DNA of 64,000 nucleotides from Lama glama (taxonomy: Eukaryota). Location of the stretch: positions 12,834,001 to 12,898,000 of the forward strand of contig CM052832.1 in NCBI GenBank assembly GCA_028534125.1. Direction: 5' to 3'. Both the position numbers and the translations under genes were made by a program. This document shows, piece by piece, positions 62,610 to 64,000 of this stretch (position 1 is the first letter of the stretch; the number at the start of each line of letters is the position of its first letter). Under the pieces are notes generated by a model. It searched no databases. It was not told the origin of the DNA and saw only the letters and a program-made list of their open reading frames with translations.

Positions 62610-63800
62610 TTACATTCACTAGTTTGTTTTATTTTTTAGATTCCACATATGAGTGATAATATACAATATTTGTCTTACTCTGACTGATCTCACTAAGCAT
62701 AATACCCTTCAGGTCCATCCATGCTTTTGCAAATGACAAAATTCCACTCTATTTTTATGGCTGAAGAACATTCCATTATATATGTTTATTATTGTATCTG
62801 TATAGTCCACACCTTCTTTATCCATTCATCTGTTGATGGACATTTAGATTGTTTCACTATCTTGGCTGTTGTCAGTAATGTTGCTGTTAACATTGAGGTG
62901 CTTGTTTCTTTTCGAATTAGTGGTTTTGTTTCCTTTGGATATATACCCAGGGGTGGAACTGCTGGATCACATGGTAGTACTATTTTTAGTCTTTTGAGGA
63001 GCCTCTCTATTGTTTTCCAGAGAGGGTGCATCAGTTTACATTGTCACCACCAAGGTACAGGGGCTCCCTTTCCTACACATCCTCCCCAACATTTGTTACT
63101 TCTGTTCTTTTTGATGGTAGCCATCCTGACAGGTGTGAGGTGATATCTCATTGTGGTTTTGATTTGCATTTCTCTGATGATTAATGATCTTGACCATCTT
63201 TTCGTGTGCCTGTTGGCCATCATATGTCCTCTTTGGAGAATGTCTATTCAGGACTTCTGCTTATTTTTTAGACAGGTTGCTTATTTTTTTATATTCAATT
63301 GTATGAGCTGTTTACATATTTTGGACATTAATCCCTTATCGGTCATATCATTTGCAAATATTTTCTCCCAATCAGTAGGTTGTCTTTTTGTTTTGTCGAT
63401 GGTTTCCTTTGCTGTGCAAAGGCTTTTAAGTTTAATTAGGTCCCATTTGTTTATTTTTGCTTTTGTTTTCTTTGCCTTAGGAGACAGATCCAAAAAATTA
63501 TTGCTATGATTTATGCCAAACAGTGTTCTCCCTATGTTTTCTTCTAAGAGTTTCATGGTGTCATGTCTGACATTTAGGTCTTTAATATATTTCGAGTTTA
63601 TTTTTGTATATGATGTGAGAAAGTTTTTTAATTTCATTCTTTTACATGTAGCTTTCCAGTTTTCCCAGCACCACTTATTGAAGAGACTGTTTTTTTCTCC
63701 TTTGCATATTCTTGCCTCCTTTGTCATAGATTAACTGACCATAAGTGTGTAGATTTATTTCTAGGCTCTCTGTTCTGTTCCATCGATCTGTGTGTTTGAT
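62610..63800 (-). mobile_element. L1 fragment with decayed ORF2 C-terminal region
   Basis: ORFs 63281..63727 ([20 protein letters not shown]...[19 protein letters not shown]) and 62789..63031 (PCDPAVPPLGIYPKE) are discontinuous pieces of L1 ORF2p. Confidence 0.93.
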
Positions 63801-64000
63801 TTCTCCTCTTATCTTTATTACTTTCTTTCGTCTACTTACATTGAGTTTAATTTGCTCTCTTCTTATACTTTCTTAAGGTAGAATCTGGGGTCATTGATTC
63901 AAGACCTTTCTTATTTTCTAATATAGACACTTAGTGCTATAATTTCCCCTAAGTGCTCCTTTTGGATTAATTTAATATTTCTAATATCTCCTTTGCTACC

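Noticed and set aside
62721-63734. ORFs with reverse-transcriptase-element-like peptides
   Set aside because: Broken L1 ORF2 fragments and their antisense shadows; not an intact element or a new RT system.

Overview
Mammalian genomic DNA from a draft assembly with four N gaps. It is probably a camelid, judged from five copies of a tRNA-Ala(AGC)-derived Vic-1-type SINE. The window holds a head-to-head gene pair. On the minus strand is the 5' part of TBC1D22B, a Rab-GAP: coding exons 1-8 all have AG acceptors and GT donors where visible and splice in one frame, exon 8 is cut by an assembly gap, and later exons lie left of the window. On the plus strand is the single coding exon of TMEM217, a 192-aa four-TM protein (60392-60970), most likely transcribed from the shared CpG-island promoter at about 36.5-36.9 kb. 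The rest is intron filled with L1, L2, MIR, LTR and DNA-transposon relics; repeat subfamily names and most repeat boundaries are approximate. There is no CRISPR or prokaryotic system, and I cannot claim a proven novel system. The best leads are: (i) a strong-Kozak uORF in frame with TBC1D22B and separated from it by a single UGA; (ii) a TMEM217 C-tail with PKA and PP1 (RVxF)-type motifs that appears frameshifted relative to the human protein as I recall it; (iii) a TSD-flanked L1 insertion that seems to join the ORF1-end/spacer directly to the ORF2 3' end; (iv) CTCF, G-quadruplex, CRE and RFX motifs around a housekeeping/testis gene pair.
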